NCBI GenBank assembly: GCA_030638185.1
Contig: DAOWFD010000382.1
Location: 1-49,086 of the forward strand
DNA from: Candidatus Aegiribacteria sp.
GTDB taxonomy: Bacteria; Fermentibacterota; Fermentibacteria; Fermentibacterales; JCC-6
Direction: 5' to 3'
DNA: 49,086 nt
Part shown: positions 8,385 through 17,227 of the stretch, piece after piece
How the letters are laid out: every line of letters starts with the position of its first letter
Numbering within the stretch: position 1 is the stretch's first letter
Translations under genes and position numbers: made by a program
Notes under the pieces: generated by a model
What the model saw: only the letters and a program-made list of their open reading frames with translations
The model's database searches: none
What the model was told of the DNA's origin: nothing

Positions 8385-8984
8385 ATGAAAAGGGTCTTTG
8401 TACTAATATGTCTTCTTGCTTTCGCCGGTACGGCCTTTGCCGGGTTCTCAATCGGTTTCAATAGCGTAGAGGTTCCTTGGCTGATAAGCGGAACAACTGG
8501 TGATCTTGAAACTGAAGATGTGTACTTGATTCGTTTTGGTGCAAAGGCATCACCAGAATTCCGTATTGAGGCTTATTTGGGATATGAGAAGCAGACATAT
8601 GAACTCGATCCTCAGCCCGCGGTACCTGTTGAATCAACCGGTTCAGGTACTGTTTTCGGCGGTGGAGGATACTATGTAATAGCAGATCCCGCAAACACAA
8701 GCTTCAGTATCGGTGTCAGATTCCTTTATGCCGCAACCAAGATTGAGCAAGGAACTACCGATTATGAAACTACTTCCTATGCCATTGATCCTCTCATGAG
8801 AATCGACTTTGCTATTCCAGGCGCTGAACAACTGGCTCTCTTTACAGAATATGGATTCCGTTACGCTAAGGCAACAATGAAAACTACTGTTGGTGGAACA
8901 GCTAGCGCCGTCGATGATGTATGGTCCGGGCTTGCTACATACGCACCACCGAATATTCTGGCAGGCGCTTACTACATATTCTAG
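8385..8984 (+). CDS. small outer-membrane beta-barrel protein
   Basis: ATG at 8385 is preceded by AGGAGGAG. Signal peptide MKRVFVLICLLAFAGTAFA. Amphipathic strands alternate, and the C-terminus is aromatic (AGAYYIF). Confidence 0.7.
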   Translation: MKRVFVLICLLAFAGTAFAGFSIGFNSVEVPWLISGTTGDLETEDVYLIRFGAKASPEFRIEAYLGYEKQTYELDPQPAVPVESTGSGTVFGGGGYYVIADPANTSFSIGVRFLYAATKIEQGTTDYETTSYAIDPLMRIDFAIPGAEQLALFTEYGFRYAKATMKTTVGGTASAVDDVWSGLATYAPPNILAGAYYIF

Positions 8985-9003
8985 CAAATAGATGTACTGT
9001 ATC

Positions 9004-9037
9004 GGGGCACGCATAATGCGTGCCCCTTTTGTTTTTG
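9004..9037 (+). terminator. rho-independent terminator
   Basis: GGGGCACGC-ATAAT-GCGTGCCCC hairpin followed by TTTTGTTTTTG. Confidence 0.75.
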
Positions 9038-9119
9038 TGCATCATTTCGGTTTATATTCCCCCGATACAATCTGATTTTCAAATACTATCAAAATAGCAA
9101 TTATCGAAAGAGGTACTTC

Positions 9120-10061
9120 ATGGCTGTGAATTTCAGGGGGCGAAGTCTGCTTACGCTTCTGGATCTATCGGGGGACGATATACGATACCTTATCGATGTA
9201 TCTCACCTGCTCAAGGCCGAAAGAACCGCTTTTCAGGTAAACCGGAGATTCAGAGGAAAAACCCTTGCCATGCTCTTCGAGAAGAGATCAACAAGAACGC
9301 GGTGCGCCTTTGAAACGGCATTCGGGGAAGAGGGCGGTCACCCGGTATTCCTCTCCAGCTCCGATATCCAGCTTGGAGTAAAGGAAAGTATCGAAGATAC
9401 TGCCAGGGTTCTCGGAAGAATGTTCGATGCAATCATGTTCAGAGGCTTCAGCCAGCAGACCGTGGAAACACTTGCGGAATTTTCCGGTGTGCCCGTTTAC
9501 AATGGACTGACTGACATGTTCCATCCTACACAGGTTCTTGCGGATCTGATGACCATGGAAGAGAACTTCGGACATCTGGCCGGTCTGAATTTCGTGTTTA
9601 CAGGTGACGGCAGGAACAATATGGCAAACAGTCTTATGGTGGGATGTGCCGTTATGGGAGTGAACTGTACAATTCTGGCACCTGATTCTCTATATCCTGA
9701 ATCCGAGCTTGTTGATACTGCATCTCAGATTGCTTATGATTCCGGTTCGACTCTTACTGTAACGTCTTCACTTGAAGAAGCTGTACCGGGGGCTGATGTA
9801 ATTTACACCGATGTATGGGTATCCATGGGCGAAGAGGACAAGGCAGGGGAAAGAATTGAACTTCTGGAGCCCTACAGGGTCAACTCGGAAATGATGGAAC
9901 AGGCGGACAATTCCGGAGTTATCTTCATGCATTGCCTGCCTGCGGTGAAGGGCAATGAAGTTACTGTGGATGTCATAGAGGGCAAATCTTCTGTTGTCTG
10001 GGATGAGGCTGAGAACAGAAAGCACACCATAAAAGCCCTTATGGTGGCCAGCCTGTTATAG
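9120..10061 (+). CDS. argF: ornithine carbamoyltransferase
   Basis: STRTRCAFE, HPTQVLADL, DVWVSMG and FMHCLPA motifs. Confidence 0.9.
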   Translation: MAVNFRGRSLLTLLDLSGDDIRYLIDVSHLLKAERTAFQVNRRFRGKTLAMLFEKRSTRTRCAFETAFGEEGGHPVFLSSSDIQLGVKESIEDTARVLGRMFDAIMFRGFSQQTVETLAEFSGVPVYNGLTDMFHPTQVLADLMTMEENFGHLAGLNFVFTGDGRNNMANSLMVGCAVMGVNCTILAPDSLYPESELVDTASQIAYDSGSTLTVTSSLEEAVPGADVIYTDVWVSMGEEDKAGERIELLEPYRVNSEMMEQADNSGVIFMHCLPAVKGNEVTVDVIEGKSSVVWDEAENRKHTIKALMVASLL

Positions 10062-10153
10062 AATGAAGGCTGAATCGAGGAGACAGATATGCCTGATAAT
10101 TGCGAACCGGGAATATATGCTTTTCTTCGTATACCCTATGTGAGGATGAATGG

Positions 10154-11386
10154 ATGATCCTTCTTATACTGTTAACCTTAATTGGTGAAGACACTGGTTT
10201 TTTCAGCGATGGTATTGAATTCATGGATGCAGGAAATGATTACATGTTTCAATCCCAGCCTCTGCATGAAGACATAAACTCTTTTGAGTATATAGTTGGT
10301 CCTGGCGATATATTCTGGTTCCTTATTCAGGGAGGCATTCCGAGTGAATATTCAGGGTTCGGGTCATCACTACTGAGAATATGCGTGACACCTGACGGTT
10401 ATGCTATAATACCCTCTGTCGGGGCATGGAAGGTTTCAGGCATGACATTGTGCGAAGCCTCCGCTGTCATTGAAAATGGTTTTGCGTCCAGGTTCCCGGG
10501 TTTGAGAGGTATGGCAGGCCTGGCAAGCCTCAGGACATTCAGATTACCGGTAACCGGACAGGTTGGTTCTCCGGGGATACAAGGCGCAACTGGAGCGCAT
10601 AGACTGGTTTACCTTCTTAACAATGCAGGAGGAATAACTCCGGCCGGAAGCTGGACTTCGATTCAAATTATTCATTCTAATGGTGATACTACTAAAGTAA
10701 ATATCACAGATTACCTTATACACGGCGATATGCTTGCCAACCCATATCTCAATTCCGGAGACAGAGTACATGTCCCCGAAGCAGAGGAATTCGTCTGGGT
10801 GGAAGGAGCAGTCAGGCTTTCGGGTTCATTGTCTTCCTCTTTGGAATGCGGTTCTGAGCAGATTACCTGGAGAGGGAGTGTAAGAGGCATGATTGAATAC
10901 ATCCCTGGAGAGACAGCACATGATTTTATTCTAAGGGTTGGAGGAACCAAATCATGGGCCTTCAGGGACAGTTGTTACATTTTAAGGTCTATTGATGATT
11001 CCGGTGAAGTAAGAATATCTGCGCCACTTGATAATCCCGATATTGATCCTGAACTTCTTCCCGGTGACATAGTTGTATGCCCTGGTGTTCCTCCTGTGGT
11101 ATCGGTGACAGGATGTGTGTATTCTCCCGGTATATATCCTTATACAGCTGGAATGGATGCCTACTTCTACATTTTTCAAGCGGGCGGATTTGACAACGTG
11201 GCTTCCGAATCCGGGATTCGAATTATTCTTACTGGAGGTGAGGAAAAAACGATTGATGAAATTTCCGCAATTCCTCCCGGAGCTGCGATTACAGTTCCCC
11301 GAAAGATTTTAGTGGGCTGGCAGGATCCTCTGCTGATCTTTACGAGCATTGCGTCGATAGTTATCGCGTGGAAGAGTCTGAACTGA
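10154..11386 (+). CDS. polysaccharide export protein (Wza-like, SLBB domains)
   Basis: ATG at 10154 has GAGGA 7 nt upstream (the track ORF begins at TTG 10100). Repeated SLBB-type motifs GPGDIF, LNSGDRVHVP and LPGDIVVCP, plus a C-terminal TM segment. Confidence 0.7.
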   Translation: MILLILLTLIGEDTGFFSDGIEFMDAGNDYMFQSQPLHEDINSFEYIVGPGDIFWFLIQGGIPSEYSGFGSSLLRICVTPDGYAIIPSVGAWKVSGMTLCEASAVIENGFASRFPGLRGMAGLASLRTFRLPVTGQVGSPGIQGATGAHRLVYLLNNAGGITPAGSWTSIQIIHSNGDTTKVNITDYLIHGDMLANPYLNSGDRVHVPEAEEFVWVEGAVRLSGSLSSSLECGSEQITWRGSVRGMIEYIPGETAHDFILRVGGTKSWAFRDSCYILRSIDDSGEVRISAPLDNPDIDPELLPGDIVVCPGVPPVVSVTGCVYSPGIYPYTAGMDAYFYIFQAGGFDNVASESGIRIILTGGEEKTIDEISAIPPGAAITVPRKILVGWQDPLLIFTSIASIVIAWKSLN

Positions 11387-11387
11387 T

Positions 11388-12632
11388 ATGAATAAGGGAA
11401 GACGGCCCCTGTGGTACCTCTACCTTCTGCTTAAAAACAGATGGTTTCTCGTAAAGGCACTTCTTATCATCATGATACCCACTGTTGTCATTACTTTCAT
11501 GCTGAAAAAGAAATACACAGTAACTACTGTAATTATGCCTCCCGAGGACCAGGCACCTTCGGGACTTTCCATTGCCGGTCTCGGGGTTTCCGAGTTTGCC
11601 GGTTACTTCAGCGGAGGAATGGGATTCTCTTTGCCCCTGATGACCACTATGTCGGATGTCTACGATGAGATACTGAAAAGCCGATCCCTTATAGAGCATG
11701 TAATTCTGTCAACAGCTTTCATCGATTCAACAGACCTCAGAAGCATTTACGATGAGAATGAGCAAGTAGGGCTCTACTGGGCAAGGATGAAGTTCAGGGA
11801 GAACTTCTCAGCGAATGTAACTCCGGCTGGATTTATTGGAATAGAGTACACCGCTGGGAATCCATGGTACGCTGTTGAAATTTCCGAATCCATTATCTCT
11901 ACCCTTGACAGCATAAATATAGACATTGTCTCAAGCCGGCTACACCAGACAAGATTCTATCTGGAAATACGTGCCGATATGGCTGATAGTATGCTTGTAA
12001 GTACAAGCCTTGCTATTAAGAGGTTTGAAGAGGAACATGACATGGTGGCTCCCGAACAGGAGATGACAGCGTATATCAACCGCCTTGGTTCACTGAAAAC
12101 GGAATACTCTATACTCATCATGGAAGTATCCGCCCTGAGGCAGGGCGTATCCGGTGCTCCAAGCGCTACTATTCTGTACAAGGAAAGGAAAGCAGCGGAA
12201 CTGCTGGATGTGATAAACATGCTTGAATCGGGTGTGGCAGCCCCGGGTTACGAGGATATCATGCCATCTGTAAACCTGGAAGACTTTACTGACATCAGCT
12301 TCGAATACGCTATTCTCAAAGCGGATTACAATATGGCTCTGATGCTTACAAATACCATTCAGTTAAGTCTGCAGGAGGTAATAGCTTCAGAAAACAGGGA
12401 ACAAATCCATATACGGGTTCTGGATCCGCCAAGACATCCCGGCTGGAAGAGTAAACCCAAAAAGATTTTTATCCTGCTGGAGGTGTTTCTTTTGGCGTTC
12501 ATTTCTCTGTTCGGGTTCCTTATAGCCAGGGAGAATATCCGGGATATTAAGAAGAAAAGACCTGAGCTGTGGGAACCATGGCGGAAACTGTTTGAAGAGA
12601 TCGGTAGGGATTTCTCCTTCAGAAGGAGATAG
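11388..12632 (+). CDS. polysaccharide chain-length determinant (Wzz/GumC family)
   Basis: N-terminal TM followed by YTVTTVIMPPED, a long coiled periplasmic region, and a C-terminal TM (IFILLEVFLLAFISLFGFLIA). Confidence 0.75.
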   Translation: MNKGRRPLWYLYLLLKNRWFLVKALLIIMIPTVVITFMLKKKYTVTTVIMPPEDQAPSGLSIAGLGVSEFAGYFSGGMGFSLPLMTTMSDVYDEILKSRSLIEHVILSTAFIDSTDLRSIYDENEQVGLYWARMKFRENFSANVTPAGFIGIEYTAGNPWYAVEISESIISTLDSINIDIVSSRLHQTRFYLEIRADMADSMLVSTSLAIKRFEEEHDMVAPEQEMTAYINRLGSLKTEYSILIMEVSALRQGVSGAPSATILYKERKAAELLDVINMLESGVAAPGYEDIMPSVNLEDFTDISFEYAILKADYNMALMLTNTIQLSLQEVIASENREQIHIRVLDPPRHPGWKSKPKKIFILLEVFLLAFISLFGFLIARENIRDIKKKRPELWEPWRKLFEEIGRDFSFRRR

Positions 12633-12640
12633 CCCTTAAC

Positions 12641-13426
12641 TCAAGAGTCCTTTTCGTTCATGAAATCGACGTATTTCCCGTAGCGTATGTCCGATATTGA
12701 TCCATTATCAAGCGCTGATTTAACTGCGCAACCGGGTTCGGAAAGGTGCAGACAGTCTCGAAACTTGCATTCACCAAGACAATGTCTGAATTCGGGGAAA
12801 CAGAACTGCAGATCATTCCGGGGAATATGATCAATGGAGAACATTCTCAAACCGGGAGTGTCGATAACGGCAGTATTTCTTTCCAGAGGAATCAGTCTGG
12901 TGGCAACCGTAGTATGCTTCCCTTTGCTGGTCTTAGGATTAAGGCTGCCTATCCTTACTTCAAGGGATGGATTGTAATACTTTACCAGCGAGGTTTTTCC
13001 CACTCCGGACGGCCCTGTCATGACAACGGTCATACCCCTTATGTGTTCAAGCAGTTCATCCATGCCGTGACCCGTTATGCAGCTGACCGGAAAGAGAGAA
13101 TAACCTGTTCTCTCGAGGTTATATGTGACGAGGATCCTGTTTTTCAGCTCTTCATCCTGGCTGCGGCAGAGATCCATCTTGTTCAGCACAATTGTCGCTT
13201 TCAATTCCTTCCAGCTGGAAGCTGCAAGAGCCCTGCAGAGAAAACCGTCACTGAAAGCAGGCCACTTAATCGAGGTGACTACAAGGACCATGTTCACGTT
13301 GGCGGCAATTATCTGCGTTGATACGCCGTTCGACGATGTACGCTGAAGGACACCGGATCTCGGGAGTATTCTTTCAACAAGCGGTATGGCACCGGTTGTG
13401 ACTGCGAGAGCGTAATCACCTGTCAC
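12641..13426 (-). CDS. rsgA: ribosome small-subunit-dependent GTPase A. Coordinates are for the first canonical start (GTG); the true start is probably upstream, see findings.
   Basis: Circularly permuted GTPase: NKMDL, GPSGVGKTSL, DTPG. Zn-finger C..C.H..EPGCAV at the C-terminus. Confidence 0.85.
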   Translation of the reverse strand: MTGDYALAVTTGAIPLVERILPRSGVLQRTSSNGVSTQIIAANVNMVLVVTSIKWPAFSDGFLCRALAASSWKELKATIVLNKMDLCRSQDEELKNRILVTYNLERTGYSLFPVSCITGHGMDELLEHIRGMTVVMTGPSGVGKTSLVKYYNPSLEVRIGSLNPKTSKGKHTTVATRLIPLERNTAVIDTPGLRMFSIDHIPRNDLQFCFPEFRHCLGECKFRDCLHLSEPGCAVKSALDNGSISDIRYGKYVDFMNEKDS

Positions 13427-13548
13427 CGGTTGTATTTCATGGTAGACCCGCCCGGCTACTCTTGCTCCCGTCTCGAAGCCGCTCTCATCGATGATTGTGA
13501 CACCTCTTCTCCCGACGGAAGAGATTCTGCAGGTAAATTCTCCGGTTT

Positions 13549-13866
13549 TCAGAAAGGAACTCCCGGTGAATCGGGCTCTGTGAATCTTACAATGTATTCA
13601 CCCGGGCGGCCCCACCCAAGAATTTCCCTTACCATTCTTTCCAGAAAGAGGGAATCACTTCGTAGCCGCTGGATCTCCGATTCAAGAGAATCTATTTCCG
13701 TTTGAAGGTCGTCGATTAACAGTGAGATACTGTCGACATCTCCCTTCAGTCCAGCAAGGGCAATGAATCCATGTCTGTTGAAGACAAGAATCGCGGCAAC
13801 TATTACGAAGACTGAAACAAGTATTACATAAAACAATCTTCTGTTGCCGTTGCCCCGGCGCCTCAA
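13549..13866 (-). CDS. ftsB: septum formation initiator (FtsB/DivIC family)
   Basis: N-terminal TM, a coiled coil (LQTEIDSLESEIQRLRSD) and ERMVREILGWGRPGEYIVRF. TTG start lies 1 nt after the eno stop. Confidence 0.8.
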   Translation of the reverse strand: MRRRGNGNRRLFYVILVSVFVIVAAILVFNRHGFIALAGLKGDVDSISLLIDDLQTEIDSLESEIQRLRSDSLFLERMVREILGWGRPGEYIVRFTEPDSPGVPF

Positions 13867-13867
13867 A

Positions 13868-15157
13868 TCAGACCTCGGTGGTTTTTTCGAATATTTGTGC
13901 TCCTCTGAAAACAGCCTGAGTCCCGAGTTCTTCCTCTATTCTCAGCAGCTGATTGTACTTGGCAACCCTGTCAGTTCTGCAGGAGGATCCTGTTTTCAGA
14001 AGGTCAGTGTTCATGGCCACAGTAAAATCACTGATATATGTATCCTCCGTTTCACCGCTCCTGTGGCTCACAACCGCCTTCCAGCCGTTCTTCTGGGCCA
14101 GGTTCACAGTGTTAATCGTTTCGGTTACTGTTCCAATCTGGTTCAACTTGATAAGGATCGAGTTGGCCGCAGAGCACTTGATAGCCCTTGACAGCCTTTC
14201 CTCACTGGTTACAAGAAGATCGTCTCCGATAATAAGTATCCTGTCCCCGAGAAGGCGGTTCATCCTCACCCAGCCTTCCCAGTCATCCTCGGCCAGCCCG
14301 TCCTCGATACTTACAATGGGGAAGTCATTGATCAACTCTCTCCAATATTCCACCAGCTGGTCGGAAGTCAGCCCGTCAGGATCACATCCGTGCATGAAAT
14401 AACGGTCATCTCTGTAGAATTCGCTTGCAGCCGGATCAAGAGCGATAAAGACATTTTCACCGGCCGTGTATCCCGCATCCGTAATACTGTCAACGATCAT
14501 CTCCAGAGCTGCATTATTGGAAGGCAGGTCAGGGGCCAGTCCCCCCTCATCGCCCACGGCAGTTGAAAGACCCATAGACGATGCTCTGCGGTTCAGAGCA
14601 TGGAATATTTCTGTTCCCGCCTGAAGGGCTCTGCTGAAACATTCAAATCCTGCGGGAACTATCATGAATTCCTGTATATCGATAGGATTCGAAGCATGCT
14701 TTCCTCCGTTGAGAATATTCATGAAAGGTATCGGAAGGTGTCTTGCTCCCGGGCCGCCAAGATACCTGTACAGGGGAAGCCCGAGGTGGCTTGCTGCTGC
14801 CCTGGATACCGCCATTGAAACAGCCAGCATGGCGTTCGCTCCCAGCCTGCCCTTGTTGGGAGTTCCATCCAGCTGGATCATTATTTCGTCGATTGATGCC
14901 TGGTTCATTGCCGAAAGACCGTATATCTCCGGCGCAATGAGCTTTTCAATGTTTTCAAGAGCCTTCAGCACGCCTTTCCCGTCGTAAGAGTCGCCGCCGT
15001 CTCTCAACTCAACAGCTTCATGTTCCCCCGTTGAGGCTCCACTTGGGACAGCCGCTCTTCCCCAGCCTCCGTTGAGAAGGAAAACCTCGACCTCAACCGT
15101 GGGATTTCCTCTGGAATCGAGGATCTGGCGTGCGTGAATATCGATTATATCAGGCAT
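13868..15157 (-). CDS. eno: enolase
   Basis: Full-length match to the enolase pattern (ILDSRGNPTVEVEV, SGETEDT, IKLNQIGT). Confidence 0.97.
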   Translation of the reverse strand: MPDIIDIHARQILDSRGNPTVEVEVFLLNGGWGRAAVPSGASTGEHEAVELRDGGDSYDGKGVLKALENIEKLIAPEIYGLSAMNQASIDEIMIQLDGTPNKGRLGANAMLAVSMAVSRAAASHLGLPLYRYLGGPGARHLPIPFMNILNGGKHASNPIDIQEFMIVPAGFECFSRALQAGTEIFHALNRRASSMGLSTAVGDEGGLAPDLPSNNAALEMIVDSITDAGYTAGENVFIALDPAASEFYRDDRYFMHGCDPDGLTSDQLVEYWRELINDFPIVSIEDGLAEDDWEGWVRMNRLLGDRILIIGDDLLVTSEERLSRAIKCSAANSILIKLNQIGTVTETINTVNLAQKNGWKAVVSHRSGETEDTYISDFTVAMNTDLLKTGSSCRTDRVAKYNQLLRIEEELGTQAVFRGAQIFEKTTEV

Positions 15158-15244
15158 CTGTATTCCTTTCTTATGTATGTATTTTCATGTTGGAATATAC
15201 AGCATGACTAACTATTCGAGTATGAATTTCATATGAGCAGTATT

Positions 15245-17227
15245 CTACGAAAACATAACCTGGTTCGATCCCATTGATATGTACTGGTCAATAATCTCTT
15301 CAGGTGTGGTTGTTTTCAGAACAGAAAGGATGGCTTTGCTTATCCGCGGGTCAAACTGAGTCCCACTGTTCTTTTCTATTTCACTTATCGCGAAATCAAT
15401 ACTGAGTGAGTCTCTATAAATCCGATCTGATGTCATGGCATCGAAACAGTCAGCGACAGCGAGCATCCTGGCATGGAAAGGTATATCTTCTCCTGAAAGC
15501 CCGGCCGGATAACCCTTTCCGTCGAATCTTTCGTGATGGTACCTGACCGCGTCTATGAAACTTGCGAATGCGGTAACGGGCCTGAGGATATTGTAACCTA
15601 CCTCCGGATGAGTCATGATGACACTGTACTCCTCCCGCGTAAGGGAACCTTCCTTGTTCAATATTGCTTCAGGTATGCCTATCTTACCTATATCATGAAG
15701 AAGGGCGGCGTTATTCAGCAGAGAGATTTCTCTGGAAGGAAGTCTCATTCGCGCGGCGATACTGGAGACATATGCCGCTACGTTCCTGGAGTGGTCGTGA
15801 GTATAGGGGTCCTTAGCGTCTACTGCGCTGGCCAGAGCCGAGATGGCCTGGATGTAGTTTCTCTCGCTTGTTTCAAACAGGTAGGCATTACTCACAGCCG
15901 CAGCAGCGTGCCTTATGAGGATGGGAATGTATGATGGAACTCTGCTGGATATCTTCTCCTTAGGCCAACTTGCAAGTGCTATCATTCCCCTGAACGAACC
16001 GAATTCGCCAAGATCCAGAATATCTACAACAGGTGGACTCTGCCAGTCGGCGGCCCTTGCGCTGGCGAAAGAATCCCTGATTCCACTGTCGAGGAAAAGC
16101 TTAACGTCGTTGCTGTCCTGTGTTTTCTCAAGAAAAGTGCGGAAATCCGTCCCAAGAACATCTTCGGGAATATCGGATCTTACCAGCATGTAACTGAGAG
16201 GTATCATATCCTTACCGCTGAGGAAAATTCCGAAAAGGTCAAATGCAACCATGGATTTTAACCCCAGGCTTATGGAGGAAAGAACATGGCTTGTATCGAG
16301 GAAAGAGGAAAATTCCGCGGCGAGCATGTTAACCTTCTCGAGATTATCGGCCTGCTCTCTGAGATTGGAAGCCATCCCGTAGGTCGTAAGCTGATTACCC
16401 GCCTGAGCGGAAAACAGTCCCATGAGTTTAAGATCGCGCGAGGTGAAGGACGCTGGATAATGTGATCTCGTGACCAGGCATACTCCGAGGTTGCCCTCCG
16501 GACTGGGAATTGGAACAGCCATCAGGGAAAATATTCCAGTGTTCTCGGGAAAAGGGTGTTCCGAGCCTTCACCTGCAAGATAACCCCCTTCGCTTCGCAG
16601 GGCCACTTTACTTGTAGACTCCCAGACTTCTTCGTTCAGAAGCTCTTCATTTCCAGATCCTGTCTTTCTCAGAAGAGAAAGTCCTCCGGGCTCTTCCGCC
16701 AGGTATATCCTCGCAGAATCTCCCCTGAAAGTCTTTTTCAGGCTGATGACCAGATTATCCAGATATGACTGAAGGGACTGTTTGGAGATGTTGATATTAA
16801 CGGTTAGATCGTAAAGGTCTTTCAGTTCAGGTGAAGGGAGAACTGAAAGCTGTTTTCCTCGTACTTCAAGGGCTCTGTCAACCGTCTGGTTGAGTTCCAC
16901 CATCTTGAAGGGCTTCGTAATAAAGTCAAAAGCTCCTCTCTTAATAGCATCCTTCGCTAAATCGATTGAGCCATGTCCGGTAATAAGGATTACGAAAGTG
17001 TCAGGGTACTCATCTCTTACCTTTGATGCAAGATCAAGACCATCGATATCAGGCATCATTATATCGCTGAGTATCAAGCTGAAGGATGTCTTTTTAAGGA
17101 TTTCCAGGGCCTTCGCACCATTCTCAGCTTCTTCGACGAAGAAATTCTGGAGTTCAAGAACTTCCCGGCAAAAGGTTCTTACCCTCTCATCATCATCCAC
17201 TACCAGGATCCTGGCCTTCGCAGTCAT
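15245..17227 (-). CDS. response regulator with GAF and HD-GYP domains (predicted c-di-GMP phosphodiesterase)
   Basis: Canonical REC (VVDDD, LILSDIMMPDIDG, ITKPF). HD-GYP signature HDIGKIGIP...HHERFDGKGYPAGL. Confidence 0.85.
   Translation of the reverse strand: MTAKARILVVDDDERVRTFCREVLELQNFFVEEAENGAKALEILKKTSFSLILSDIMMPDIDGLDLASKVRDEYPDTFVILITGHGSIDLAKDAIKRGAFDFITKPFKMVELNQTVDRALEVRGKQLSVLPSPELKDLYDLTVNINISKQSLQSYLDNLVISLKKTFRGDSARIYLAEEPGGLSLLRKTGSGNEELLNEEVWESTSKVALRSEGGYLAGEGSEHPFPENTGIFSLMAVPIPSPEGNLGVCLVTRSHYPASFTSRDLKLMGLFSAQAGNQLTTYGMASNLREQADNLEKVNMLAAEFSSFLDTSHVLSSISLGLKSMVAFDLFGIFLSGKDMIPLSYMLVRSDIPEDVLGTDFRTFLEKTQDSNDVKLFLDSGIRDSFASARAADWQSPPVVDILDLGEFGSFRGMIALASWPKEKISSRVPSYIPILIRHAAAAVSNAYLFETSERNYIQAISALASAVDAKDPYTHDHSRNVAAYVSSIAARMRLPSREISLLNNAALLHDIGKIGIPEAILNKEGSLTREEYSVIMTHPEVGYNILRPVTAFASFIDAVRYHHERFDGKGYPAGLSGEDIPFHARMLAVADCFDAMTSDRIYRDSLSIDFAISEIEKNSGTQFDPRISKAILSVLKTTTPEEIIDQYISMGSNQVMFS

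Noticed and set aside
15262-15271. GGTTCGATCC, a tRNA T-loop-like decamer
   Set aside because: It lies inside the 3' end of the HD-GYP regulator CDS. The flanks give only a 3-bp T-stem and no acceptor or anticodon arms.
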